Assembly (NCBI RefSeq): GCF_019039035.1
Contig: NZ_JAHNZT010000030.1
Location: forward strand, 78,099-110,098
Origin: Citreicoccus inhibens
GTDB lineage: Bacteria; Myxococcota; Myxococcia; Myxococcales; Myxococcaceae
Length of the DNA stretch: 32,000 nt
Reading direction: 5' to 3'
A program made the position numbers and the translations under genes. This document shows, piece after piece, positions 9,905-18,654 of the stretch. The notes under the pieces were generated by a model, which was given only the letters and a program-made list of their open reading frames with translations, did no database searches and was not told the DNA's origin. Position 1 is the first letter of the stretch. Each line of letters begins with the position of its first letter.

Positions 9905-10339
9905 TTACTTCGAGAGCACTTCGAACAAGCGACGCATGTCCCGGCGCAGCCGGGTGACCTCTTCCAAAGACATCCCCAGGCGGCAGGACATCGCCTCGGG
10001 CACGGACGCGGCCTTGCGCTTCAGGGCGCGCCCCGACGTCGTCAGCGACACGCGCACCGAGCGCGCGTCCTCGGTGGACCGCTCGCGCCGCACCCACCCC
10101 TGGGTCTCCAGCCGCTTGAGCAGCGGCGTCAGCGTCCCCGAATCCAGGAACAGCCGCTCCCCCAGCACCTTCACCGACACCCCGTCCTCCTCCCACAGCA
10201 CCAGCATCACCAGGTACTGCGGATAGGTCAGCCCCAGCTTCTCCAGGAGCGGCGCGTAGGCCTGCACCATCGCGCGCGCCGCCGCATAGAGCGGAAAGCA
10301 GAGCTGGCGGTCCAGCCGGAGCGAGTCATCCGTCGACAT
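9905..10339 (-). CDS. ohrR: MarR-family organic peroxide sensor OhrR
   Basis: LDRQLCFPLYAAARAMVQAYAPLLEKLGLTYPQYLVMLVLWE contains the N-terminal reactive Cys characteristic of OhrR; lies directly upstream of ohr. Confidence 0.92.
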   Translation of the reverse strand: MSTDDSLRLDRQLCFPLYAAARAMVQAYAPLLEKLGLTYPQYLVMLVLWEEDGVSVKVLGERLFLDSGTLTPLLKRLETQGWVRRERSTEDARSVRVSLTTSGRALKRKAASVPEAMSCRLGMSLEEVTRLRRDMRRLFEVLSK

Positions 10340-10352
10340 GGCCAATACCTAG

Positions 10353-10382
10353 TGCGCAATTAAATTGTGCGCAATCAATTTT
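10353..10382. promoter_or_regulatory. Tandem OhrR-type operator
   Basis: Two 15-bp units, TGCGCAATTAAATTG and TGCGCAATCAATTTT, immediately upstream of the ohrR start; the first contains CAATT-A-AATTG, which resembles known OhrR boxes. Confidence 0.75.
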
Positions 10383-10478
10383 GGGACTGGACCGTTCGGT
10401 TCTGGACGTTCACCGGGGAAAAGGCGCGTGGTAGAGGTCGCCCCGCTCCGGAGCCGCCGGAGGAGAACCGAGGACGTG

Positions 10479-11261
10479 ATGCTGAGGACGGTCACCGCCA
10501 CCCGCTATGTGACGCCGCTGCGCGAAGGGGGCTCGCTGCCCGCCATCGTGGAAGCGGACGACGCGGGCTTGTACGTCGTGAAGTTCCGGGGCGCCGGCCA
10601 GGGGGCCAAGGCCCTCATCGCCGAGCTGCTGTCGGGCGAGCTGGCGCGCGCCATGGGGCTGCGCATCCCGGAGCTCGTCTTCCTGGAGCTGGACCCGGCC
10701 CTGGGGCGCAACGAGCCGGACGGCGAGATTCGCGAGCTGCTCAAGGCCAGCGCGGGGCTCAACCTGGCCCTGGACTATCTGCCGGGCTCGCTGACGTTCG
10801 ACCCGGTGGCGGACCGCGCGCCCGAGGCCGCGCTCGCGTCCACCATCGTCGCCTTCGATGCGTACGTCACCAACGTGGACCGCACGCCGAAGAACCCCAA
10901 CCTCCTGACGTGGCACCGGGACCTGTGGCTCATCGACCACGGCGCCTCGCTGTATTTCCACCACGCGTGGGAGGGCTGGGAGGAGCGCAGCCAGAGCCGC
11001 TTCGCGCCCATCCGCGACCACGTGCTGCTGCCCTGGGCGCGCGCGCTGCCAGAAGTGGGCGCCGTGCTGCGCGAGCGGCTGACGCGGAACGTGGTGGAGG
11101 CGGCCGTGGCCGCCATTCCGGAGACCTGGCTGGGCACCGAGCCCTGCTTCGACAGCCGGGATGCCCACCGCGCGGCCTATGTCACGTGGTTCATGAAGCG
11201 GCTGGACGCGGCACCCGCGTTTCTCGAGGAGGCGGCGCGTGCCCACACCCAGCTCGTTTGA
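10479..11261 (+). CDS. HipA-like kinase domain protein (stand-alone)
   Basis: YVVKFRGAGQGAKALIAELLSGELARAMGLRIPELV N-lobe-like; AFDAYVTNVDRTPKNPNLL catalytic-loop-like; LWLIDHGASLYFH metal-binding-like. Confidence 0.85.
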   Translation: MLRTVTATRYVTPLREGGSLPAIVEADDAGLYVVKFRGAGQGAKALIAELLSGELARAMGLRIPELVFLELDPALGRNEPDGEIRELLKASAGLNLALDYLPGSLTFDPVADRAPEAALASTIVAFDAYVTNVDRTPKNPNLLTWHRDLWLIDHGASLYFHHAWEGWEERSQSRFAPIRDHVLLPWARALPEVGAVLRERLTRNVVEAAVAAIPETWLGTEPCFDSRDAHRAAYVTWFMKRLDAAPAFLEEAARAHTQLV

Positions 11262-11637
11262 CTACGCCATCATCCGCGTGGTGCCTCGCGTGGAGCGCGA
11301 GGAGTTCATCAACGCGGGCGTCGTCCTCTTCTGCGTCAACCACCGCTACCTGGGGGCGCGCACGGCGCTGGACGAGGACCGGCTGCGGGCCCTGGCCCCG
11401 GACGCGGACGTGGAGGCCATCCGAGGCCACCTGGAGAGCTTCCTGCGGGTGTCCACCGGGGGGCGGAACGCGGGCCCCATTGGGCAGCTCCCGCAGAAGG
11501 AGCGCTGGCACTGGCTGGTGGCCCCGCGCAGCACCATCATCCAGACCGGGCCCGTGCACGCCGGCTTGTGTGAGACGCCCGACAAGGCCCTGGAGCACCT
11601 GCTGGACCGCGTGGTCCGCGTGAAGCGCCCCGCCTGA
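11239..11637 (+). CDS. DUF3037-like protein, translationally coupled to the HipA-like kinase gene
   Basis: FDYAIIRVVPRVEREEFINAGVVLFCVNHRYLGART; GTG start at 11239 overlaps the upstream gene by 23 nt. Confidence 0.85.
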   Translation: MPTPSSFDYAIIRVVPRVEREEFINAGVVLFCVNHRYLGARTALDEDRLRALAPDADVEAIRGHLESFLRVSTGGRNAGPIGQLPQKERWHWLVAPRSTIIQTGPVHAGLCETPDKALEHLLDRVVRVKRPA

Positions 11638-11651
11638 CGGCGGAGGCGGGG
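11628..11651 (+). terminator. Candidate hairpin at the end of the DUF3037-like gene
   Basis: CCCCGCC-(10 nt)-GGCGGGG perfect 7-bp stem overlapping the stop; no strong T tract. Confidence 0.3.
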
Positions 11652-11706
11652 GTGATTAACTTCTCCCCGACGGCCTGCCGGTCCAGCGCCGGCAGCCCGC
11701 CCGCCC

Positions 11707-12681
11707 ATGAGCGAGTCCGCGCTGCGCATCGTCACGTACAACGTCCGTTACTTCGGCCACATGCTCCGCGGGTTGGCGAGCACGGTGGGCCCGAAGCGGC
11801 GGGTGTCCGCGGCGCTCGCGGCGCTGGAGCCCTTGCCGGACATCGTCTGCCTCCAGGAAGTGGAGACCTCGTCGCTGCGCAGCAACATCGCGGACCGGCC
11901 CTTGAAGCCCGGCGAGACGCAGCTCCAGGTCTTCATGCGGCGCATGGAGGAGACGTTCAGCGCCCAGCGGCGCGACATGCCCTACGAGGCGTTCTACTTC
12001 CGCGCCCACCACTACAAGCTCGGGGAGGTGTCCATCTACACCACGGGGCTGGCGGTGCTCGTCAACACGCGCACGCTCCAGGTGGACACCCACAACGTGG
12101 CCGAGCCCGCGCACATCACCCATCACCACGTCCGCGGGCTGAAGGACCGCAAGCAGAGCCGCATCTGCGCGCACATGCGCCTGTTGCGCCGCGAGGACGC
12201 GCGCCCCTTCCACGTCTTCAACACGCACCTGAGCCTGCCCACGCCCTTCGCCCGTGAGTTCTGGGCCACGCGCGACAAGATGGGCGGCGGCGTCAATCAA
12301 TTGCATGAAGCGCGCAAGCTGACCGAGTTCGTGCGCACGCATGCCCAGGCCGAGCCGTTCATCGTGTGCGGAGACTTCAACTCGCCGCCGGCCTCGCCCG
12401 TCTTCCGCTACCTCACGCAGGACGCGCGCCTCGTGTGCGCGCAGAGCCGCGTGGGACAGATAGACCCGAGCGTGTCCCGGGGCTTCCCCACCGCGGGCTT
12501 CATGCGCCTGCGCATGCACCTGGACCACCTGTTCTCCAGCGAGGACGTGCGCTGGCTGGACACCGACGACACGCGCCCCTTCGGGGACACCACCGGTCGC
12601 TTCCACGGCCTGTCCGACCATGTGCCGCTCGTCGGGCGCTTCACCTTGGAGGGCGTGGCCTCGCGCGACAGCGGGGCCTGA
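11707..12681 (+). CDS. Endonuclease/exonuclease/phosphatase family protein
   Basis: LRIVTYNVRYFG, VCLQEVET, VFNTHLSLP, PFIVCGDFNSPP and LSDHVPLVGRF are EEP signature motifs. Confidence 0.92.
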   Translation: MSESALRIVTYNVRYFGHMLRGLASTVGPKRRVSAALAALEPLPDIVCLQEVETSSLRSNIADRPLKPGETQLQVFMRRMEETFSAQRRDMPYEAFYFRAHHYKLGEVSIYTTGLAVLVNTRTLQVDTHNVAEPAHITHHHVRGLKDRKQSRICAHMRLLRREDARPFHVFNTHLSLPTPFAREFWATRDKMGGGVNQLHEARKLTEFVRTHAQAEPFIVCGDFNSPPASPVFRYLTQDARLVCAQSRVGQIDPSVSRGFPTAGFMRLRMHLDHLFSSEDVRWLDTDDTRPFGDTTGRFHGLSDHVPLVGRFTLEGVASRDSGA

Positions 12682-12686
12682 GGGCC

Positions 12687-13436
12687 TCAGCCCAGCTCGC
12701 GCTCCACCTCTGCCCATGCGTCGAGAATCTCACGCGTGCGCCGCTCGGCGAGCGCGTGGAACTCGGGGGCCAGGTGCGCCACCTTGTCCGGGTGGTACTG
12801 CGCGATGAGCGCCCGGAAGGCGCGACGGGCCTCGTCCGCGGAGGTGCCTCGCGCGATGCCCAGCACCGTCCACGGGTCGACCTTCCTGGGCTCGGGGGCA
12901 GGAGGCGCGGCGCGTGGGCGAGGGCGAGGAGGGGGCGTGTCCTCGAGGTCCTCCGCCTCGGGCGCGCGCGGGGCGCGGGGCGCGGGCTCCGGGCGTCGCG
13001 CCCCCGGGCGACGGGCCGGGTCGGGTGGAGGAACGCGAGGTGAGAGGCGACTGAGGGCCTCTTGGATGAACCAGAGGTCCTCGGCGGGCGGGCCGTGCTT
13101 GCGCACCACCAGGCGGGGGCGGCCGTCCTGAAGCAGCAGGTAGCCGGTGGACGCCGCGTAGGCCGCCTTCTTGTCGTTCGGGTACAGCCGCTCTCCCAGG
13201 TCGCCCAGCGGATCCCTCCACATGCCGTCCACGCCGCCCTCGTCCGCCACGAGCACCTGGGACAGCACCTCGCCGAAGACGTCCTCGAGCGCGGCGAAGG
13301 GCTCGCGCAGCTCGGGCGAGCGCTGGGTGGGGCCATGGCGCACGCCCGTCACGAGCAGCAGCCCGCGCGTCGCATCCACCCGCCCGAAGAGCTTCTCGCG
13401 CACCTGCTTGTCGGAAAAGAAGAGGACGGACTGCAC
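12687..13436 (-). CDS. J-domain protein with C-terminal J-domain and uncharacterised N-terminal region
   Basis: C-terminal DPWTVLGIARGTSADEARRAFRALIAQYHPDKVAHL includes the HPD motif; N-terminal about 130 aa unrecognised. GTG start at 13436 proposed; the ORF-track extension to 14906 is antisense to the M1 gene. Confidence 0.75.
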   Translation of the reverse strand: MQSVLFFSDKQVREKLFGRVDATRGLLLVTGVRHGPTQRSPELREPFAALEDVFGEVLSQVLVADEGGVDGMWRDPLGDLGERLYPNDKKAAYAASTGYLLLQDGRPRLVVRKHGPPAEDLWFIQEALSRLSPRVPPPDPARRPGARRPEPAPRAPRAPEAEDLEDTPPPRPRPRAAPPAPEPRKVDPWTVLGIARGTSADEARRAFRALIAQYHPDKVAHLAPEFHALAERRTREILDAWAEVERELG

Positions 13437-13577
13437 GGCGCCCAGGGTAGTCCGAATGCACCCACCAGCGGGAGCATCCCGCGCGGCCCTGGCCCGAGGC
13501 GCCCCTTCTCCAGTGGGAGACAGTCCGTCCCAAGCGGCTCGACGCTGGCGCGGGCTTGAGAAAGAGTCCCAAGCGCC

Positions 13578-16208
13578 ATGCGCTGCTGCCATCGCCACGC
13601 TCCCGCCATCGCCTCTTCCGAGCCGCACCCCTTCAGCCTCCCCGGCGCCACCGAGCACTACGCCGCCGAGCGCCCCGTCCGCGCCGAGCACATCCGCCTG
13701 GAGCTGGACCTGGACTTCGAGGCCCGCGCGCTGACGGGCCGATGCACCACGCGCGTGAGCGCCGTGCGCGCCGTCTCCACCGTGACGTTCGACGCGGTGG
13801 ACATGGACATCACCGAGGCGCGCGTGGACGGCCGGCCCGCGCGCTTCTCCAACTCCGGCGCGCACGCGCGCGTGGAGCTGCCCGAGCCGATGGAGCCCGG
13901 TCAGGCCCGCGACATCACGCTCGCGTACCGCTGCCGGCCGCGCCGCGGGCTGTACTTCTGGGGCCCCGACGCGGGCTATCCCGAGCGCCCGCTCCAGGCC
14001 TGGACCCAGGGGCAGGACATCGACGCGCGCTGCTGGTTCCCCTGCCTGGACACGCCCGCGCAGAAGGCCACCACGGAGGTCATCGCCACGTTCCCCGCGC
14101 GGATGACGTCGCTGTCCAACGGCGTGCTCGTGCGCGACGTCACCGAGGGCGAGCGCCGCACCCAGCACTACCGCATGGAGCAGCCGCACTCGCCCTACCT
14201 CGTCACGCTGGTGGTGGGCGAGTTCGAGGAGGCGACGGACTCCGCCGGCACCGTGCCGCTGCGCTACCTGTACCCGCCCGGCCGCCGCGAGGACGCGCTG
14301 CGCTGCGTGGCGCGCACGCCCCAGATGGTGGCGCTCTATCAGCAGCTCACCGGCGAGCCCTTCCCGTGGAGCGGCTATGCGCAGGTGTTCGTCACCGAGT
14401 TCATCCTCGGCGGCATGGAGCACACCACCGCCACCACGCTGTTGGACAGCGTGCTGCACGACGCGCGCGCCCACGCGGACTACAGCGCCGAGCCGCTCAT
14501 CGCCCACGAACTGGCGCACCAGTGGTTCGGCAACCTGCTCACCTGCCGCGACTGGCCCCACGGCTGGCTCAACGAGGGCTTCGCCACCTACGTGGAGGTG
14601 CTCTGGAAAGAGCACGCCGACGGCGCCGACGAGGCGGACCAGCACCGGCTCACCGACTTGAGCGCGTACCTCACCGAGGTGCGCGAGCGCTACGCCCGGC
14701 CCATTGTCGCGCGCAAGTTCCACGCGCCCATGGACCTGTTCGACCGGCACCTCTACGAGAAGGGCGCGCTCGTGCTCCACGAGCTGCGCCGCCGCGTGGG
14801 TGACGACCTCTTCTTCCGCGCCCTGCGCCACTACGTGTCCCGCCACCGCCACGGCGTGGTGGAGACCGTGGACCTGTCGCGCGCGTTCGAGGAGGCCACC
14901 GGCCACAACCTGGATCGCGTGTTCGACCAGTACGTCTTCTCACCCGGCCACCCCGAGCTGAAGGTGGAGGTCCGATACGACGCGGAAGAGGCGCGCCTGC
15001 GGCTCAAGGTCCGCCAGACGCAGCGGACCGACGCGGGCACGCCCGTGTTCCGCTTGCCGCTGGACGTGCGCGTCACCGTGGACGGCCGCGACACGCTCCA
15101 CCGCCTGGACATCACCGACGCCGAGCACTTCTTCCACCTGCCCTGCCCCACCCCGCCCACGCAGGTGCGCGTGGATCCGCGCCGCGAGGTGCTCGGCGCC
15201 GTGGACGTGGACAAGGCCGTGGGCCTCTGGCTGGAGGAGCTGCGCGCCGCGCCCGAGGCCCGCGCCCGCACCGAGGCCGCGCACGCGCTGGGCAAGGACG
15301 GCGGCTCCCGCGCGGTGGAGGCGCTGGGCCGCGCGCTGGAGGACGACGCGCTGTTCTGGGGCACCCGCGCCGCGTGCGCGAAGGCGCTGGGCCGCATCCG
15401 CTCCCCCGAGGCGCGCGCGCGGCTGCTCGCGGGGCTCCCCGTCGCGCACCCCAAGGTGCGCCGGGCGGTGGTGGCCGCGCTGGGGGAGTTCCGGCGCGAC
15501 GTGGAGGTGGCGGGCCGCCTGCGCGCGCTGCTGGAGGCGGGCGACGCCAGCTACTTCGTGGAGGCCGAGGCCGCGCGCGGCCTGGGGCGCGTGCGCGCCG
15601 TGGACGCGGTGCCGCTGTTGGAGGCGGTGGCCGCGCGGCCGTCGTTCCAGGATGTCATCGGCTCGGGCGCGCTCGACGGGCTCGCGGAGACGCAGGACCC
15701 GTCCGCCTTCCCCGCCGCCGTCGCGCGCACGGCCTACGGCCAGCCCGCGCACATGCGACGCACGGCCGTGTTCGCGGTGGCGAAGCTGGCCCAGGTGGCC
15801 CGGCGTGAGCGCGAGGCCGTGGACCTGCTCTCGGACCTGTTGAGGGATCCGCAGTTCCGCATGCAGTGGACGGCCTGCGAAGCGGCGAAGACGCTGGGGG
15901 ACCGGCGCATGATTGCCGCGCTGGAGGGCACCTCGCTCAATGACCCGCGCACGCGCCGCGCCGCGCGAGAGGCCGTGCGGGCCTTGCGCGAGGGCGAGCC
16001 TCAGGCGCGCGAGGTGGCCTCGCTGCGCGAGGAGGTGGACAAGCTGAAGGAAGAGTCCCGTGCCCTGCGCGAGAAGCTGGAGGCGCTCGCCCTGCGCAGG
16101 CCGGAGCCCCCGCCGCCCACCTCACCGCCGCGGGGACGTGCGGCGGCGAAGCACGCGGCGAGGAAGTCCACGAGCCGGCGCGTCACCGGGCGGGGCCGAA
16201 GGAAGTAG
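13578..16208 (+). CDS. M1 family metallopeptidase with C-terminal HEAT-like repeats
   Basis: GGMEHTTATT (M1 GxMEN-like), LIAHELAHQWFGNLLTCRDWPHGWLNEGFATYVE (HExxH-x18-E); C-terminal SRAVEALGRALEDDALFWGTRAACAKALGRIRSPEAR repeat pattern. Confidence 0.93.
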   Translation: MRCCHRHAPAIASSEPHPFSLPGATEHYAAERPVRAEHIRLELDLDFEARALTGRCTTRVSAVRAVSTVTFDAVDMDITEARVDGRPARFSNSGAHARVELPEPMEPGQARDITLAYRCRPRRGLYFWGPDAGYPERPLQAWTQGQDIDARCWFPCLDTPAQKATTEVIATFPARMTSLSNGVLVRDVTEGERRTQHYRMEQPHSPYLVTLVVGEFEEATDSAGTVPLRYLYPPGRREDALRCVARTPQMVALYQQLTGEPFPWSGYAQVFVTEFILGGMEHTTATTLLDSVLHDARAHADYSAEPLIAHELAHQWFGNLLTCRDWPHGWLNEGFATYVEVLWKEHADGADEADQHRLTDLSAYLTEVRERYARPIVARKFHAPMDLFDRHLYEKGALVLHELRRRVGDDLFFRALRHYVSRHRHGVVETVDLSRAFEEATGHNLDRVFDQYVFSPGHPELKVEVRYDAEEARLRLKVRQTQRTDAGTPVFRLPLDVRVTVDGRDTLHRLDITDAEHFFHLPCPTPPTQVRVDPRREVLGAVDVDKAVGLWLEELRAAPEARARTEAAHALGKDGGSRAVEALGRALEDDALFWGTRAACAKALGRIRSPEARARLLAGLPVAHPKVRRAVVAALGEFRRDVEVAGRLRALLEAGDASYFVEAEAARGLGRVRAVDAVPLLEAVAARPSFQDVIGSGALDGLAETQDPSAFPAAVARTAYGQPAHMRRTAVFAVAKLAQVARREREAVDLLSDLLRDPQFRMQWTACEAAKTLGDRRMIAALEGTSLNDPRTRRAAREAVRALREGEPQAREVASLREEVDKLKEESRALREKLEALALRRPEPPPPTSPPRGRAAAKHAARKSTSRRVTGRGRRK

Positions 16209-16235
16209 CCCGCGCCCGAGGTCCGCGTCAGGCGA

Positions 16236-18386
16236 CTACCAGACGCGCACGCGCTGCTCGGGCGTCAGGTACAGCTCCTGGCCCGGCTTCACGTCGAACG
16301 CCTCGTACCAACCGTCCTCGTTGCGCACCGTGGACGCGCGGAACTCGCCGGGCGCGTGGCCATCCGTCATGAGCAGCTGACGCAGCAGCGGCTCGCGGAA
16401 CTTGGTGCGCCACACCTGCGCGAAGCCAAGGAAGAAGCGCTGCTCACCGGTGAAGCCGTCCTTCAGCTGCGCCGGCGTGTTCCCCAGCGACAGCCGGTAG
16501 GCGTCATGCGAGATGGCCAGGCCGGCCACGTCCGCGATGTTCTCGCCCAGGGTCAGCTCACCGTTCACCGCCATGTCCGGCAGCGGCCGGTAGGCGCTGA
16601 ACTGCGCCGCGAGCGCCTGTCCCGCCGCCTTGAAGCGCTGCAGGTCGCTGTCCGTCCACCAGTTGGCCAGCTTGCCGTGCGCGTCGAACTTCGCGCCCAC
16701 GTCGTCGAAGCTGTGGACGATTTCATGGCCAATCACCGTGCCGATACCGCCGTAGTTCACGGCCGGGTCCGCGTTCGGGTCGAAGAACGGCGGCTGGAGG
16801 ATGGCGGCGGGGAAGATGATGGAGTTCTGCTGCGGCGAGTTCAGCGCGTTCACCTCCTGCGGCACCATGAACCACTCGGCGCGGTCCACCGGGCCGTTCA
16901 GCTTCGCCAGGTTGCGCTGGTACTCGAACAGCGAGGCGCGCTGGGCGTTGCCGAACGCGTCGCTCCGGTCCACCTTCAGCGCCGAGTAGTCGCGGAACCG
17001 CACGGGGTGGCCAATGCCCACCTGGAGCGTGGCCAGCTTCTCCTTCGCGCGCGCCTTGGTCTCCGGAGACATCCACGCGAGCGCGTCGATGCGCTTGCCG
17101 AAGGCCGCGATGATGTTGCGCACCATCGTGTCCGCCTGGACCTTGGCCTCCGCCGGGAAGTACTTCTCCACGTAGAGCTTGCCCACCGCCTCGCCCAGCG
17201 CGCCGTTCGTCATGGACACGCCGCGCTTCCACCGCTCGCGCAGCTGCTGCGCGCCGGAGAGCACCTTGCCGTTGAAGGCGAAGTTCTCATCGACGAAGGC
17301 CTTGGAGAGGAACGGCGCGCCGCGCGCGATGGCGCGGAAGGCCAGGTAGTCCTTCCAGCTCTGGAGGGGCTCTGCGCCCACCAGCTTCGCCATGCCCGTG
17401 ATGGCGCTCGGCTGCCACACGAGGATCTGCTTCTGCCCGGACAGGCCCGCGGCCTTGAAGTACGCGGCCCAGTCGAGCCCCGGCGCCTTCTTGGCGAACG
17501 CCTCCTGGGCCCACGGGTTGTTCGTCTTGGTGACGTCCTGCGTGTCCACCTGGGGCCAGTGCGTCGCGGCGATCTTCTTCTCCAGCGCGAACACGCGGCT
17601 GGCGCGCGCCTCCGCGTCGGAGAAGCCCGCCAGCTTCATCATCGCGGCGATGTGGCCCTGGTAGGCCTGCCGCACCTCGCGGAAGCGGGGGCTGTCCACC
17701 AGGTAGAAGTCGCGGTCCGGCAGCCCCAGGCCGCCCTGCATCAGGTACGGGGCGTAGCGCTCGGGGGCGTTCAGGTCCTCGGTCACCCACAGGCCGAAGA
17801 CGCGGTCCGTCGTCACATCGCCCGTGTTGAGCGCGTCGACGTCCGCGCGCAGCGTGGCGCCCAGCTCGGTGGCCAGCGCGCGCCGGTTCGCGATGCCCGC
17901 GATGCGCTCCAGCTCGGGCTTCAGGGGCGCGGCGCCCTTGGCCTCGATGGCCGCCTCATCCATGAAGCTGGCGAAGTAGTCGCCAATCTTGCGGGCCTCG
18001 CTGTCCGCGGGGGCCTCGGTGCGCGCGGCGTCCTCGATCAACGACCGGGTGCGCGCGGCGGCCTGCTCGGCCAGGGCCGTGAACATGCCGAAGTTGGAGC
18101 GGTCCGCCGGAATCTCCGCCGTCTTCATCCAGGTGCCGCTGGCGTACCGGTAGAAGCTGTCACCCGGCTTGACGGTGGCATCCATGCCAGCGGCGTCAAA
18201 GCCGAAGGTGCCGAACATGGGCTTGGGCGCCGGAGCGGGCGCGGCCACCACCGGGGCGGCCTCCGTCACGGGAGGGGCCGGCTTCTCCGCGGGAGTCGTG
18301 GTCGCGCAAGCGGCCAGCAGGGCCGTGGCACAGGCGGAGAGCGTCGCACGCGCGGCGCCCGGCAGTCGTTGAGAGGAGTCGTTCAT
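16236..18386 (-). CDS. pepO: M13 family metallopeptidase (neprilysin-like), predicted lipoprotein
   Basis: N-terminal ATALLAACATTT lipobox; VNALNSPQQNSIIFPAAILQPPFF, GTVIGHEIVHSFDD, GENIADVAGL. ATG at 18386. Confidence 0.93.
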   Translation of the reverse strand: MNDSSQRLPGAARATLSACATALLAACATTTPAEKPAPPVTEAAPVVAAPAPAPKPMFGTFGFDAAGMDATVKPGDSFYRYASGTWMKTAEIPADRSNFGMFTALAEQAAARTRSLIEDAARTEAPADSEARKIGDYFASFMDEAAIEAKGAAPLKPELERIAGIANRRALATELGATLRADVDALNTGDVTTDRVFGLWVTEDLNAPERYAPYLMQGGLGLPDRDFYLVDSPRFREVRQAYQGHIAAMMKLAGFSDAEARASRVFALEKKIAATHWPQVDTQDVTKTNNPWAQEAFAKKAPGLDWAAYFKAAGLSGQKQILVWQPSAITGMAKLVGAEPLQSWKDYLAFRAIARGAPFLSKAFVDENFAFNGKVLSGAQQLRERWKRGVSMTNGALGEAVGKLYVEKYFPAEAKVQADTMVRNIIAAFGKRIDALAWMSPETKARAKEKLATLQVGIGHPVRFRDYSALKVDRSDAFGNAQRASLFEYQRNLAKLNGPVDRAEWFMVPQEVNALNSPQQNSIIFPAAILQPPFFDPNADPAVNYGGIGTVIGHEIVHSFDDVGAKFDAHGKLANWWTDSDLQRFKAAGQALAAQFSAYRPLPDMAVNGELTLGENIADVAGLAISHDAYRLSLGNTPAQLKDGFTGEQRFFLGFAQVWRTKFREPLLRQLLMTDGHAPGEFRASTVRNEDGWYEAFDVKPGQELYLTPEQRVRVW

Positions 18387-18654
18387 GAAGGGTTCCTGGA
18401 GCGGCCTCAGGGTCGGCCGCGCGCGGATGATGCCATCAGCGCCCGGAAATCCTGACGCTTCCGTCACGAACCGCCCATCCCCGCCCTTATTCGCCACCCT
18501 CCGTCCGGACCTGGGACCGCGCCTCCCTGCCTCCCCCGGAGTTCTCGGCTTCACGGGAGCGCCACCGGGCCTGGGAGTGTCTACCTGTACCGGGAAGGGT
18601 GCGCGGAGCCTCGGGCGGGGGCGACCGAGGGAGCGCCCTGGGGAGACGCACGGC

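Noticed and set aside
13437-14906. N-terminal extension of the J-domain protein ORF
   Set aside because: The extension is antisense to the M1 peptidase and is compositionally an artefact; a GTG at 13436 gives a sensible start.
16356-18455. 699-aa plus-strand ORF opposite the M13 peptidase
   Set aside because: Shadow ORF; the opposite strand has the HEIVH zinc motif and lipobox.
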